NCBI GenBank assembly: GCA_951406725.2
Contig: OX597834.1
Location: 35,464,001-35,528,000, forward strand
From: Octopus vulgaris
Lineage: Eukaryota
Length of the DNA stretch: 64,000 nucleotides
Reading direction: 5' to 3'
The notes beneath the pieces are model-generated. The model worked only from the letters and a program-made list of their open reading frames with translations, did not search any database and was not told the DNA's origin. This document shows, piece after piece, positions 27,529 through 42,166 of the stretch. Made by a program: the position numbers and the translations under genes. The number at the start of each line of letters is the position of its first letter. The first letter of the stretch is position 1.

Positions 27529-27945
27529 TATATATAACAAGAACTAGAATGGGGAGAATCACGTCTTTAATTTGTGATTGCACCATATACTACAGATGAT
27601 CGTTTCTATTGTGCCAGCACATTTAGATACAGAAAGAACGTACAAAATATCAGTCAAATTGATATATCCGAAAATATATGCTAACACAATGTTTTCAGGG
27701 CAATCTAAAATAGGCTAATTTCAAAGTGAACTAAGAAAATATCTCTAATAGATGAACGCATGCAAAAGAGAACGTTAAGAAGAAATAAGAAATATAATAT
27801 ACTGAGAAAAGCCAGTTTAGTATTTAACTTTTGTCATCCATGAAGAATTATCTTGGATATTAATTCAATTTGGATTTATTGGTGCCTGATTGTTTGACTT
27901 AACCAAATTCGTTTAACATCGAGTGCGTTATAGATATCTGCCTGT

Positions 27946-28075
27946 GGTAACGCAAGTGTCCCAAGTTGAGCTCAGCGTGGACGGAAACCACACGTCGAGC
28001 AAAAGGGCGAAAGCTCGCTCGATCTCGATTTTCAGTACGAATACGGACCGCGAAAACGTGGCCCAGCGATCCTTT
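27946..28075 (+). pseudogene. Dispersed ~130-bp 28S rRNA fragment
   Basis: GGTAACGCAAGTGTCC..GAGCTCAG..GGAC(G)GAAAC..AAGGGCGAAAGCTCGCTCGATCTCGATTTTCAGTACGAATAC(G)GACCG matches conserved eukaryotic LSU rRNA sequence from memory; no other rDNA nearby. Confidence 0.88.
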
Positions 28076-28862
28076 CCCATAGAAGTAAAAGGGATTCTAC
28101 TGGGACGAAATTTGGCCAAAATTTGAAACTATTATTATTATTCATTTCTACTCTCGGCACACGGCCCGAATTTTGGGGGGATGGAACCAGTCGATTAGAT
28201 TGACCCCAGTACGCAACTGGTACTTAATTTATCAACCCTGAATGCATGAAAGGCAAGATCGACCTCGGCGGAATTTGAACTCAGAACGTAAAGACGGACT
28301 AAATACCTATTTCTTTACTAACCACAATTTTGGAACAAGGCCAGCAGTTTTGAGAGAAGTCAGTTAGTTGATACCATCAACTCCAGTACTTGACTGGTCC
28401 TTTAATATTTTATCGACCCCCAGAGGAATGACAGGTGGGATTTGAACTAAGAATGTAAAGTCCTGGAAGAAACACCGCAAATCCTTTTTGTGTCTATGTA
28501 AGAAAACCACTCTTCCTTCCTCTTCCGTTGACCCTTTCCAATGTCTTCCGACTAAATGCCATCTCCCACGGTTACCACCCTGGCCTGACCTTTATTACCC
28601 TTTATTATAACTCAAAAAGCACCATCTAACAACAAGTTTTGTCTCATCTAACCCCAATCACTTTCATATGCCCCTCTCTTCCTCTCTCTTCTGTTTGTCT
28701 CTCTCTCCCTCTCTCCTCCTCCTCTGTTTGTCTTTCTGTCCCTCTCTTTGTCTCTGTCCCTCTCTGATTCTCTCCCCCTCTCCTTACCTCTCAGTCTGTC
28801 TGTCTGTCTGTCTGTCTCTTTTTTCTCCCCTCTCTCCCTCCGTCTGTCTGTATCTTACTCTC

Positions 28863-28898
<36 letters not shown>

Positions 28899-29073
28899 TT
28901 CCCCTCTCCGTTCCTATGTTTTTGTTGTGTTTGTTGTTGGTACTTACATTCACAACCTCGTTGGTTTTTTAAATTTTTTTACTTATTCTTCTCTCCCCCT
29001 CTCTCTCTATGTATTATCTTATTTTATTTATCCTTTCTCTCTCCCTCTCAATCTCTCCTCCTCCCCCTCTCTC

Positions 29074-29119
<46 letters not shown>

Positions 29120-31809
29120 GAATAAGAAACAAGGAAGAACTTCCGTCCCCAAACGGGATTCCCTGGTAACCTTATACTGCCACCCACGCTGAGATTCGGT
29201 AATTTCATCTCATCCTGTCCCCTTGGGGATTTTTTATTTATTTATTTATTTATTTTTAGCCGCCAGTGAAACAAGCATTTCTAGGGTGGATTTAGAATAT
29301 ACTTTATTATCTTTGTGATTGGAGCGTGGGGAGTGAGGGAGAAAAAGAGAGAAATGCAGAGAGAGAGAGAGAGCTGTGGGGTGGGGGAGAGAGAGAGAGA
29401 GAGAGGGGGCGAGAGAGAGAAAGAAAGAGAAATATAGAGAGGGAGAAAAAGAGAAATACTGAGTGGGAGAGAGAGGCGAAAGTGTGTGTGAGCGTTTGTG
29501 TCAATGTGTGTATGAGTGAATGTATGTGTGTGTGTGTGTGTGTGTGTGAGCGTTTGTGTCAATGTGTGTGTGAGTGAATGTATGTGTGTGTGTGTGTGTG
29601 TGTCAGTGTGCATGTGAGTGCATGACTGTGAGTGAGCGAGTGTGTGTGTATGTGTGTGTGCGTATTAGCTTTAACCAAATCTGCCCAAACAACAAACAAA
29701 AAAACCCCATCTTTATTATCTTTGCTGTGGAAAGTGTAATAAATGAGTTCGCACTCGCAGCACACATTACTCAACTCACACTAACCATTCTGCACCGACT
29801 GACGTCATCAACAAATTAGATAAACATTTAATTATAGAATAACAGAATTTCATTAAACTTTACAGTTGCAAAACAAGCGTAAAAACGTTGCTAGGTGTGG
29901 GGTGGCAATGGGGGTTGTTCCGCCCCGAGCAACGCTTTTATGGAAGAAGTATTTTAGGGGTCTACTGTATAAGCCTGTGTAGGTCAGGGGTCCGGGGCGG
30001 CAGTGATGGCAGATTCAAGAACTGCGCCCGGCGGCACATCCTCTAGCTACGCCACTGGATAAAACAAGCGTGGGCAATTATTTTTGGGAAGTGGGCCACA
30101 TGAAAAATGGTCCGCATAAGGCGGTCCACACTACTTAAGTAGAAACTGAAGGTAATTTTTCGTTAGGTGTGCCATTCAGAAAGTGTTGAGGGCCATATGT
30201 TGTTCTTGACTGTTCCAGCTATACCATTGTGTAAAGTGCAGGTACCACAACGATTTCACAGAAGCATTTTGATTCCATGGACTTTCTAGATCCCTGGTTT
30301 CTGAAACAGAGGTGGTCAACCTGGTTAACGCCCTCTAAATTAAACAAAAATCAGTAGGTAGTAGTAAAGATCCTTCCCGAGTCATGTAGACTAATAAGGA
30401 CCGGTTTGCCGGTTTCCATGGCGTATAAATTCCCTATCTGGAGGGGACACCGGTCACTCGCGGGATAACTCATTTTTACCTGCCGAGTGAACTTGAGCAA
30501 CGCAAAATGAAATGCTTTGCTAAAAAAAGAAAAAAAAAAGCAACTCCACAATGCATCACCTGGGCCTGGAATTGAAACCACAATCTCACGATATTGAGTC
30601 CAACACCCTAACCACTAAGCCACGTATTTTTTCAGCATGTGAATAAAAAAAAAAAGAAAATAGAAAAAGAATTACCTCATCGAGTCATGCCGACAGATAA
30701 GGACAACAAATTTGAAATGTTTTTGAAAAACAGCGACCCAACAATATGCACCGAGATCAAATTATCTTACTTAATTATCACATCATCATCATCATCATCA
30801 TCATCATCACCACCATTTCCATCAGCATCATCATCATCTATCTAATCATTTTCACCATCTTTGTTGACGTCATCATCACCACCACCACCACCACCATCAT
30901 TATCGTCATCGTTATCATTATTACCATCTATCTTATCGTTTTCATCATCCTTGTCGACGTCATCACAATCACCATCATTTTTGTTTTCATCGTCATCTTC
31001 ATCATAATTATCATTAAAATCTATTTAATAATTTTCATCATTATCTTTGTCGTCGTCATCATCATCATCATCAACATCATCTTTATTTTGATTATAATTA
31101 CAATCCTTCTAATAATTATCACCATCAACTTTTGTTGTCATCATCATAATCATCAAGATCATCATGATCATAATCCTCAGCATCCTTGTCGACATCGTCA
31201 TCATCATCATCATCTTTATCGTATAAGCCTCTATAAAAATAATCCTGGGTCTTCTCGGAATCTTCGATTGGCCCTTGGTGTTCGTCCTTCAATTGGGAAT
31301 TTTATTTACGCCGTGGTTTTCCATGCGTGTTTTGAATTTGCTTCAGAAAGAGGTCTATGTTTGTAATGGTTAGTTGGGGGTGGGGACACTAGGGGTGTGG
31401 TCAGGGTGTCAAGGGGACAGCAACCCGAAAAAGTTTGGGAACCACTGTTCTAGGACATGATCTGATTGAATAAGAAAGACCCCAAAGAAGCTTAACCTCA
31501 TCATCTCAGACACTATTTCAGATGCATGTTCATACCTATTTCTTTACTACCCACAAGGGGCTAAACATAGAGAGGACAAACAAGGACAGACAAACAAGGA
31601 CAGACAAACAGATTAAGTCGATTATATCGACCCCAGTTCGTAACTGGCACTTATTTAATCGACCCCGAAAGGATGAAAGGCAAAGTCGACCTCGGCGGAA
31701 TTTGAAATCAGAACGTAACGGCAGACGAAATACAGCTCAAGCATTTCGCCCGGCGTGCTAACGGTTCTGCCAGCTCAGGTGCATGTTCACACCACTTACG
31801 TCCTGACGT

Positions 31810-32095
31810 AAGTCCATACTTTTTATACGTTTCACAGGGAATGATCTTTGCAACATTATCATGTCTACAAGATTTGTCCTGTTTCTGTGCGTGTTTGGAT
31901 CATTTACTCACTTTGTGGGTCACTGTTTCTTCTCGTTCATCACACAACCTGCACAATGGCGACACATTGGCTCCTACCCTACATTTTGCACAATTTGTCC
32001 ACAGGGCTTGATCCTGAGCTGCTATGATTAACTCTTCAGTCTCTTTTTTAAGAATTCCCTTTTTCAACCAATTCTAAGTGTCTTTCACTCTTTCC
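31810..32095 (-). mobile_element. Dong/R4-clade (RLE) non-LTR retrotransposon remnant, zinc-knuckle region
   Basis: WLKKGILKKETEELIIAAQDQAL.TN...SPLCRLC...ETVTH...RHDNVAKII on the minus strand, with stops. Confidence 0.8.
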
Positions 32096-32412
32096 GCCTC
32101 ACTATTCTTCATAAACAGAGATTGTATGCATGCATGCATGTCTGTACGTCTGTCTGTACGTCTGTCTGTCTGTCTGTCTGTCTGTCTGTATTATAATTAA
32201 CAGCGAACTGGCAGAAAAATCAGCGATTCGGTCAAAATGCTTAGCGGAATTTCGTCCGTCTTCACGTTCTGAGTTCAAACTCCGCCGAGGTCGACTTTGC
32301 CCTTCATCCTTTCGGGGTCGATAAATTAAGTACCAGTGAAGCACTGGGGGGTCGATGTAATCGAATAGATCCCTTCCCCCAAATTACAGGCCTTGTGCCT
32401 TTAGCAGAAAGG

Positions 32413-32457
<45 letters not shown>

Positions 32458-32500
32458 GTTGTTGTTATTATTTATTATTATTAATCATTATTACAGAGGA

Positions 32501-32570
<70 letters not shown>

Positions 32571-33095
32571 GGATCAGCAGAATCAACATAATGCCTTGCT
32601 AAAAATATCTTACTGTGTTTAGTTACATCTTTCATGCAAGTAATATTATAATGGGCGAGGTTGGCAAAAAACAGAAAGGGTGAAAAAAAAAAAAAAATTG
32701 GTAGAATGTTCCAGATTTTAATATAAGACATTTTAAGAATTAGTTATGGTATTTGTGTTGCATTACTAACCAAACCTAGCTTTGCCTTTTATTCTTCCGG
32801 GGTTGATAAGCTATAATGTACTAGTAAAGCGCTGGGAGTTGATGTAATCGACTTCATTTTACTTCCAGGATACTGCTGGCTCCGTGCCAAAATTTGTGGC
32901 AGAATCGTTATCATGCCGGTTAAAATGCTTACCGGCATTTTGTCCGCCATTACGTTCTGAGTTCAAGTTCCACCGAGGTCGACTTTACTTTTCATCTTTT
33001 CGGTGTCGACAAAGTAAGTACCAGTGAAATACGGGAGTCGATGTAATCGACATACCCCTACCCGAACTTGCTGGCCTTGTATCAAAATTTGAAGC

Positions 33096-33147
<52 letters not shown>

Positions 33148-33704
33148 GAGTGAGTGAGAGAGCAGTGCATGCCATCAAAGTGAAACTGGGGTAAGTTATA
33201 TGAAGCCCAATATACCCATCATGGCTACCCGTCTGATAAGGGTACCCAGGCACATGCTTCACAACCACATGTGCGTGACATGGTGATCTTATATCAAGAT
33301 TAATAGCACATGACCTTGCAGGTGGGGGCCCAGTTAGAATTTTCTCCAGGTTGAGTAGCCCATCCTGCTCAAATGGTCCCTCACTAAAGTTTGTTTAAGG
33401 ATGATGAACAAAACACCCATGTTTCCAAAGTGGATTATTCTAACTCCAAAGAATCCCTCTCAACACATGGCTATGATTCTCCCCCACTGCTTCTGCTTGT
33501 GATCAGAGATGCATGTATCGTCAGCCACTAGGGGACATGCTCAACTGGTTAAGGTCAAGCAACTGACAATCAAATCTGTGGTATTAAGCAGAATATTTGC
33601 TGTAGGCCATCTTTTATACCAAGACAAAACAATGTACATGATAACACTTCCAATCAGTTAAGATGAGAAGCCATGAGAGCCACTGCCTGGTTCTGCATCA
33701 GGGC

Positions 33705-33752
<48 letters not shown>

Positions 33753-34267
33753 CAATTTCTCTTCCTCTTTTTTCTTCTTCTTTGTCAACCTCGCCTTTAG
33801 ATACGGTTACACGCATGATTGATATTCATCACGACTATGAATCAAATGTTTTCACTGCCCCCTGAACTAAGTAAGGCAGAGAGAGAGGGAGATGGAGAGA
33901 GAGAGAGAGAGAAAGAGAGGCAGAGGCAGAAATCTAACCAACCACCGCCCCTCGTCAAAAATATTACGCTATTATCTCCCCCTTCCCACTCCCACAACGT
34001 TTGGGTTCCCACGGGATTTCCTATGAAGGGTTATGAAACAAACCCGTAATTTAATACTTTGTGTGTTAATAGTCTCTCCCTCTCTCTCCCCCTCTCTCCC
34101 ATATATATATATATATATATATACACATATGCATGCGTGTCTGAGTATATAAATATGTATATATATGTGCATATATGCATATATGCACAAACACACACAC
34201 ACATATATATATATATATATGAATGGATAATATGTATATATATTTATAAATACACATACATATATGT

Positions 34268-34300
<33 letters not shown>

Positions 34301-34347
34301 TATACATATCTATCTATCTATCTGTGTGTGGTGCAGGCGTATGTGTG

Positions 34348-34392
<45 letters not shown>

Positions 34393-34485
34393 CAATGGTT
34401 ATTGTTTCAAATGTTGTGATTTAATTAATGCAAGAAAGCGTTGCTCTTCCTGTTATTGTTTGTTCAACATCTAAAGAACCAGAAA

Positions 34486-34563
<78 letters not shown>

Positions 34564-34710
34564 TATGATTTCGCTCATGAGTAACGATACTAATTAGCAG
34601 TTGTTAGAACGCATTATACATATGTTTTTGAATAAGGCTTTAGGGAAGTATAGAGCAGTATATTAATAAATGAAAGGCAAAAGAACAGGAATCATGGCTT
34701 CAACTTCATT

Positions 34711-34797
34711 AGCTTACAGCTGTTTCTGCTATGTGCAGTAATATACATGCACTCTAAGATGACTGACAGTTCAGCACCTTTTAGCATCTTCGGAGCC
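34711..34797 (-). ncRNA. Type I hammerhead motif (U4C core variant)
   Basis: GGCU-CCGAAGA-UGCUA..UAGCA-GAAAC-AGCU-GUA|AGCU; palindromic stem III ACAGCUGU. Confidence 0.65.
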
Positions 34798-34889
34798 TTG
34801 AAAATGGAGTGCCTGTTTGTTTCAGTAAACGTTTAAATATATTGAAATGATGACATTGAGAACCATACATACGTACGTACATACATACA

Positions 34890-35460
34890 TTATGGCTGCC
34901 CCCTCGTTATCGAGTATGGCCATTGCACGAAGCTTAACTGTTACTGGTGCTGTGATCGAATGTGACTTTTTAGCCCAGCTAAAGATCTACAATGTCTTGT
35001 ACAAAATTGGCAACTAAAACCTTTACTGGTAATAGCCGGCTGCAGTTGTAACTGGGCTTCATGTACCTTTGCATGTCATTTAAGTCCTCCTGCCGAATTA
35101 CACTCTCTTCCACATGCCCGACAGATATGATTAGTATGGTGTGTCGTTTTATGACTATCTCGTTTTATGACTACGAAGATGACTCATGAGTGCAGCTTTA
35201 CTGAGGCAGGGTCTTGCACAGACATTGCATGTCAGAATCAAAGGAAGATCCTTCCCTTCTGGAAGTGTAACAGCGATGCCCTTCCTGACATCCCTCCTTA
35301 CTTTCTCATGTGCAACTCGAGATTTCTCAAACGTGGCTGTCCCCTCATGCACAATCCTTCTCCACCTGCTACGATCAATAGCTATGCCTTCCCATGTGTC
35401 AGGAAAGATGCAGGCATCTCTTAAGGAAGCCTTCAGCAAGTCCTTATACCTCTTTCTTTT
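34890..35460 (-). mobile_element. RTE-clade LINE 3' end
   Basis: ORF 35155-35439: LKASL...WEGIAIDRSRWRRIVHEG...CNVCARPCLSKAALMSHLRSH (C2H2 finger), followed by a 3' UTR ending at a (TATG)n tract. Confidence 0.85.
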
Positions 35461-35519
35461 TTATACATACATACGTTATATATATATATGGTACCAAATT
35501 TTAGAAAAAGAGCTATACC

Positions 35520-35880
35520 AGACCATGAACAGGATGTCACTGTACTGTCCCCACTGTGCTGACTGCTTCATCTCGGGCAAGGACGATGTACTGCAATAGC
35601 TTGGGTTTCAAGGGCCCACAGCTGTTTAACTGTCTGCTGAGGCATCTGAGGAGCCTTCATGGAGTGGATGTAGACGTTTTCAATGTGAACTTGACCTCTG
35701 GCTCGCTGAGATCCCGGATGGGCCAATATCTAGGCAAGAAACTCAAAAGAGGGCAGTAACATCGAGCTCCCTCCTTCACCAAAAGCCGCTCCGACAAAGG
35801 TGGATAGTGGAAAGATGATCATAATGGCGGTGCTCCAGTATGGCCACAGTCATTGGACTGAAACATATAAAAGAATAAAA
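35520..35880 (+). mobile_element. CR1/L2-type LINE 3' end
   Basis: RTMYCNSLGFKGPQLFNCL.RHLRSLHGVDVDVF-type C-terminus, followed by the tail GGCGGTGCTCCAGTATGGCCACAGTC..GACTGAAAC. Confidence 0.75.
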
Positions 35881-35916
35881 GTATATATATAAATATATAT
35901 ATACACAAACACACAC

Positions 35917-35971
<55 letters not shown>

Positions 35972-37195
35972 CACACACATATATATATATAGGAAAATGT
36001 GTGAGATGTATAAATGTGTATATATACATACATACATACATACATACATACAGATGTATAGACGTATTAGAAAATTACTATTTGTAAATTTCACAACGAG
36101 ATATTCAGCAACAGCACTTTGGAGTAAAGATTATTTGCCAACATAACATGGCAGTCCTAGTTTAGAACGAATGTTGCTGTAATTTAGCCCCAGGAGACAT
36201 CATCTCCAGCTGGCTATATGACACGATCTGTGTCCTTATATATAGATGCATATATAGATGTATGTATGTATGTATGTATGTATGTATGTATGTATGTATG
36301 TATGTATGTATGTATGTATGTATGTATAAATGTATGTATGTATGAATGTATGTATGTATGTATATATACACACACACATCTATACATTATCCTATATGTA
36401 TGTATATATATATAGGTGTATGTATAGATATATATACACACATACACGCGAGCGCACACAGAGTTTATATAGCATGTACATATAGCTTAAACGGCAATTT
36501 GTTTTGAGTTTTTGAATAAAATCAGCGACATGCTGTATGTTCACAGTATTCAATGTTTAACCTCCAGTTATTAAGTTACGTTCAAATTATTTGACCTCGA
36601 CAGAAACTGATCTTCGTTTCCAACATTTTGGTAGACCTAATAAATCACCGACAAGATTTCCATTCTCTCTTATTACAATATAAAATTACTTCCCCATGGG
36701 ACTGAATTTCCTTTCGGAAGCCAACGTAACTCTAGATTTTTCTTTCTGGTTTAAAATTATGCTTAACAAATATTTAGTTTAGAAATGTTGGTGACCTGAT
36801 TAAACCAGAATTAATTACATTTTGAAAATGTTGATTTAAAAAAAAATCTTTGTTTTGTTAGCATGCTTGCCGTTGTTTGATATGTTGGTGTGTTTCAATA
36901 AAGTAGAGTTGTGTGTCTTGTTTAAGGTTTAACAATTTAACAATTACAACACTAATGATGTGGCTGGGCATGTATATATATATACACATGTTCAAAATGT
37001 GACCGCGTGTTTACCGTTGGCGATTTTTTCCCCTCCGTCTTCCCTTCTTTGGATCGTTCCTTTTCCTATGTTTCTGACGAAGAGCTCCGCTAGAAACGTT
37101 AAACCCTCCTTCTTTCCTGAGCGTCCAATAATACTATACTTGTTCTACGTCCTCGCGTTGTTGTGTTTTCATGTTTGGATTAACTATATATATAG

Positions 37196-37239
<44 letters not shown>

Positions 37240-37632
37240 CTTTACTGCCCACAAGGGGCTAAACATAGAGTGGACAAACAAGGACAGACGAAGGGATTGA
37301 GTCGATTATATCGCCCCCAGTGCGAAACTGGTACTTTATTTATCGACCCCGAAGGGATGAAAGGCAAAGTTGACCTCGGCGGAATTTGAACTCAGAACGT
37401 GACGACAGACGAAATACCGCTAAGCATTTCACCCGGCGCGCTAACGTGTCTGCCAGAGTGGTTGTATACTGTCAACTTAACGTGACAGTCCTGTATGGGA
37501 ATTACATCACCGCTGTTTAGCCCTAGGAAGCATCGAACGCTTCCTGTCGGCTTTGACACATTTCCTGTGTCCTTATATTTGTGAAGGGGAGGCAAGCACC
37601 CCCACCAGCCAAGATTCACACCAAGATTCACA

Positions 37633-38487
37633 TACATGGTCGGGTACCCAAAAGAAGCCGTGATTTTACAATATTATTTCATTCACTTAGTTTTAGATGT
37701 TTGCACTTTTATCGCCTTCAAAGTATTCTCCATTTGAAGCAATGCATCGGTCCAGGAGCGTTTTCTATTATTCGAAGCAGTGCTGGAACTTTTATGAAGT
37801 GATACCTTTTAACGCCTCCCTCGTTTTTTTCTTCACCTCTTCCACATCTGCAAATTCCGTAGCACCAGCTTTCGTCACCAGTCATGACCTTCGAAAAAAA
37901 AAAAAAAAGAAAGTCCGGATCAACTTCCAAATGTTTTTTTCCAGTTCACGACACACATTCAGTCGTGACTGCTTTTGATCTTCCATGAGCAAGCGAGGCA
38001 CAAATTTAACTGCAATTCTTTTCATTCGCAATTCCTCGCTCAAAATTCGTTGGAAGGAGCTCCAGGACACACCAGTAATATCAACAAGTTCGTCATTTGT
38101 TCGGTGACGGTCTTCCAAGATCAGTTCATGAGTTTTCATGATGTTGTCATTCGTTCGTGAGGTCGACGGTCACCCTGCGTAAAAACTTCTCGTAAACTCG
38201 TGTTTTTGCTTATGGTAGAGTCCTTGTAAGCTATGACAACTGTTTCAGCCGCCGTTTTTTCCGGGCAGAAAACAGAATGTCACGGAAGCACGCAAAAATC
38301 GACGAACAGGGGAGAAGCGCTGCAATTCAAAGACGCATCACCTGACAGTACGACCACAGCGAACGATGCCAGTCGGCAGACTGGTGCCTGTGGGTCACAA
38401 GAGGGTCGCACTCAGGTGGGGAGCCTGAACTACAACGGGCTTGTCCCACAGAGAACGCTTCTGATTACTTTTGGGTAACCCCTCATA
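37633..38487 (-). mobile_element. Internally deleted mariner element
   Basis: Transposase fragments ILSEELRMKRIAVKFVPRLL and MTGDESWCYG on the minus strand; degenerate TIRs (GGGTACCCAAAAG / CTTTTGGGTAACCC) with TA ends. Confidence 0.85.
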
Positions 38488-38529
38488 CACACACACGCAC
38501 ACTTACACGAACAAAAACATCTGTATCTA

Positions 38530-39114
<585 letters not shown>

Positions 39115-39548
39115 GTGTGTATCTGTCTTTGTGCTTGTTTCGCAGCTCCACAGCTTGACAACCGGTGTTGGTTAGTTTACGTCCCCGTAACTCAGCGGTT
39201 CGACGAAAGAGACCGTTAACATACGTGCCTGAGTTTAGATGATAATAAGTACCGAGGTGGGTTTGTCTGGTTAAATCCTTCAAGGCGGTGCTCCAGCATG
39301 GCCGCAGTCCAACGACCAGAACAAGTAAAAAGGTGAAAAAAACGATAAAATCCCAAGACGAATTACTCCCGTTAAAAACATTTCTTAAAGGTCAAAATAT
39401 GTTACGCATATATTTTCTGCTGTTCGACCGGAAGTTTGATTACGTGATCTTTATCATGTTCTGTTTCCCCTTCTTCTCTGTTTCCCTTCCTAACAAAGAA
39501 TGAATTTGTTCCCAACTATGAAAAGTAATATCTGAATAGCAATATGAA

Positions 39549-39593
<45 letters not shown>

Positions 39594-39674
39594 GTACATA
39601 TATGGATATATATATATATATATATTTATACGTACATACATATATGGATATAGATATATTTATACGTACATACA

Positions 39675-39735
<61 letters not shown>

Positions 39736-39740
39736 TATAC

Positions 39741-39777
<37 letters not shown>

Positions 39778-39826
39778 CGTACATACATATATGGATATAT
39801 ATATATTTACACGTACATACATATAT

Positions 39827-39879
<53 letters not shown>

Positions 39880-40959
39880 CGTACATATATATATATACGT
39901 TTTTTTTTGTAAATTCTCACTATATATATAACGGAAAATAAAAAAAAATAATATAAAAAAACCTAGTTTATAAATAAATATGATGTGTTCGGTCTTGAGC
40001 TTGTGCCTCCACAAAGTTTTCGACCAAATATCCGGCAAGCTTGGGACTGGAAGTGATTTGAATTTCTTGAGTTTCCGGTTTTCTAAAGACAGTTTGAATA
40101 TATCTTCCATCTTTTATTTTCTTTACTTATTTCAGTCATTTGACTGCGGTCATGCTGGGGCATCGTCTTGAAAAAAAATGTATGTACGTATAAATATATA
40201 TATATTTATGGCATATATATGGCATGGTATTGTATTGTATATTCGGATTTCTGGAAGTCGGGCAGGAGATCTTTAGAAAAGAGATTTGAGGGAAATACTA
40301 TCTTCCAGTGAAATTGTGGTAAGCTGGGTGAACGGACCAGCTTGCGACTGCAGATTGAGAGAAGCGAGTGTGGCGAGGCCAGTTGCCCTAGGGGTCTGGG
40401 TGATCATGATTTGGTGGGGTTTTCACGAGCAGATCGCAGATGTCCTCCCGCTCTTGGGGAATTTTTCTTTTCATGTTTGCTTCTTTTTCTTGTTGGAATT
40501 TTTTTTTTGTCTGAATTCTTTGTTCCATTGTTTTTGTTATTTTACTGTTTACACGCCTTCGTGTAATCTTTCACCAGATCGTTATTATATTGTTTCTGCA
40601 CCGTCCTTGGTCTCTGTGGTGAATAAAGAAATCATTATGAGGATAAAGGACGTCATTGTTATCGAAATATCGGAACAGATGTCGGCAGGAAACACGCTAA
40701 CATTTTTCTATTAATGGATGGATATTGTATATTTATTTTGTTTATGAATGAACAATTTAGTAAAAATTAAAAATATAAAAATAAAAAAATAAAAAGAATT
40801 GGTTAATTCAACGTAGGAAATACCAACCACCCACTTACAAAATATTTTTAGTCAGTGATCTATCATGGAACCAAATCTTCCCCTTTTCCTCCACAGTTGG
40901 TGCCACTACCGTTTTTGGCTATTCACAGTACATTCTTCTTTTCAATATTTTTTGTTTTA

Positions 40960-41546
40960 AGGCGGCGAGCTGGCAGACACGTTAGCACGCCGGACGAAAT
41001 GCTTAGCGGTATTTCGTCTGCTGCTACGTTCTGAGTTCAAATTCCACTGAGGTCGACTTTGCCTTTCATCCTTTCGGGGTCGATTAAATAAGTACCAGTT
41101 ATGCACTGGGGTCGATGTAATCGACTTAATCCCTGTGTCTGTCCTTGTTTGTCCCCTCTGTGTTTAGCCCCTTGTGGGTAGTAAAGAAATAGGTATTTCG
41201 TCCGCCACTACGTTCTGAGTTCAAATTCCGCCGAGGTCGACTTTGCCTTTCATCCTTTCGGAGTCGATTAAATAAGTACCAGTTACGCTCTGGAGTCGAT
41301 ATAATCGACTTAATCCCTTTGTCTGTCCTTGTTTGTCCTCTCTGTGTTTAGCCCCTTGTGGGTAGTAAAGAAATAGGTATTTGGTTTACCGTTACGTTCT
41401 GAGTTCAAATTCCGCCGAGGTCGAATTTGTCTTTCATCGATTAAATAAGTACCAGTTACGCACTGGAGTCGATATAATCGACTTAATCCGTTTGTCTGTC
41501 CTTGTTTGTCCCCTCTGTGTTTAGCCCCTTGTGGGTAGTAAAGAAA
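40960..41546 (+). mobile_element. SINE family A, 3-unit array
   Basis: Full head GGCGGCGAGCTGGCAG..GTTAGCACGCC, then two headless units of ~170-185 bp. Confidence 0.88.
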
Positions 41547-41560
41547 TATATATGATACAT

Positions 41561-41599
<39 letters not shown>

Positions 41600-41651
41600 A
41601 TTTCAGATTATGCAACTACTTTCTTATTTATTTTCTCTCTCTTTCCGACAG

Positions 41652-41747
41652 GTCCTATGGGCATTTATCTGTGTGTTGCTGTTTTATCGAACGTACAACC
41701 GTTACAAATATGAGCCACGGTTCTACTACGTACACCAGATGTTAGGG
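41652..41747 (+). CDS. NOX4: NADPH oxidase 4-like, first visible coding exon (equivalent to vertebrate exon 2), TM1
   Basis: Acceptor ttctctctctttccgacag, donor GGG|gtaagt. 96 bp encoding VLWAFICVLLFYRTYNRYKYEPRFYYVHQMLG, which matches the NOX4 Y.Y.HQMLG signature recalled from vertebrate NOX4. Confidence 0.93.
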
Positions 41748-42082
41748 GTAAGTAAAGCCATTTTAAATCGTTTCCATGATGAGGATGCCAGGGGCTGTAA
41801 TAGTACTGCGTGATAGTTGTATAGTAAGTGGTATGGATGTTGAAAAAGTGCATATAGTGTGGTAGTATGGCGATAGTTGCAGTGGTACTCTTTACTCTTT
41901 ACTCTTTCACTTGTTTAAGTCATTTGACTGCGGCCATGCTGGAGCAAATCGACCCCCGGACTTATTCTTTGTAAGCGTAGTACTTATTCTATCGGTCTCT
42001 TTTGCCGAACCGCTAAGTAACGGGGACGTAAATATACCAGCATCGGTTGTCAAGCGATGTTGGGGGGACAAACACAGACACA

Positions 42083-42166
<84 letters not shown>

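Noticed and set aside
29862-30058. hAT-like 3' end GCTACGCCACTG; similar end TTTGGGAACCACTG at ~31434-31447
   Set aside because: Matching left TIR and TSD could not be established, so no element was called.
39585-39900. Repeat-spacer-like pattern ATTTATACGTACATA separated by variable tracts
   Set aside because: Spacers are only (TA)n of varying length; a compound microsatellite in a eukaryote, not CRISPR.
40865-40930. ATG-initiated MEPNLPFFLHSWCHYRFWLFT as NOX4 exon 1
   Set aside because: Poor donor (gtacat) and no similarity to NOX N-termini.
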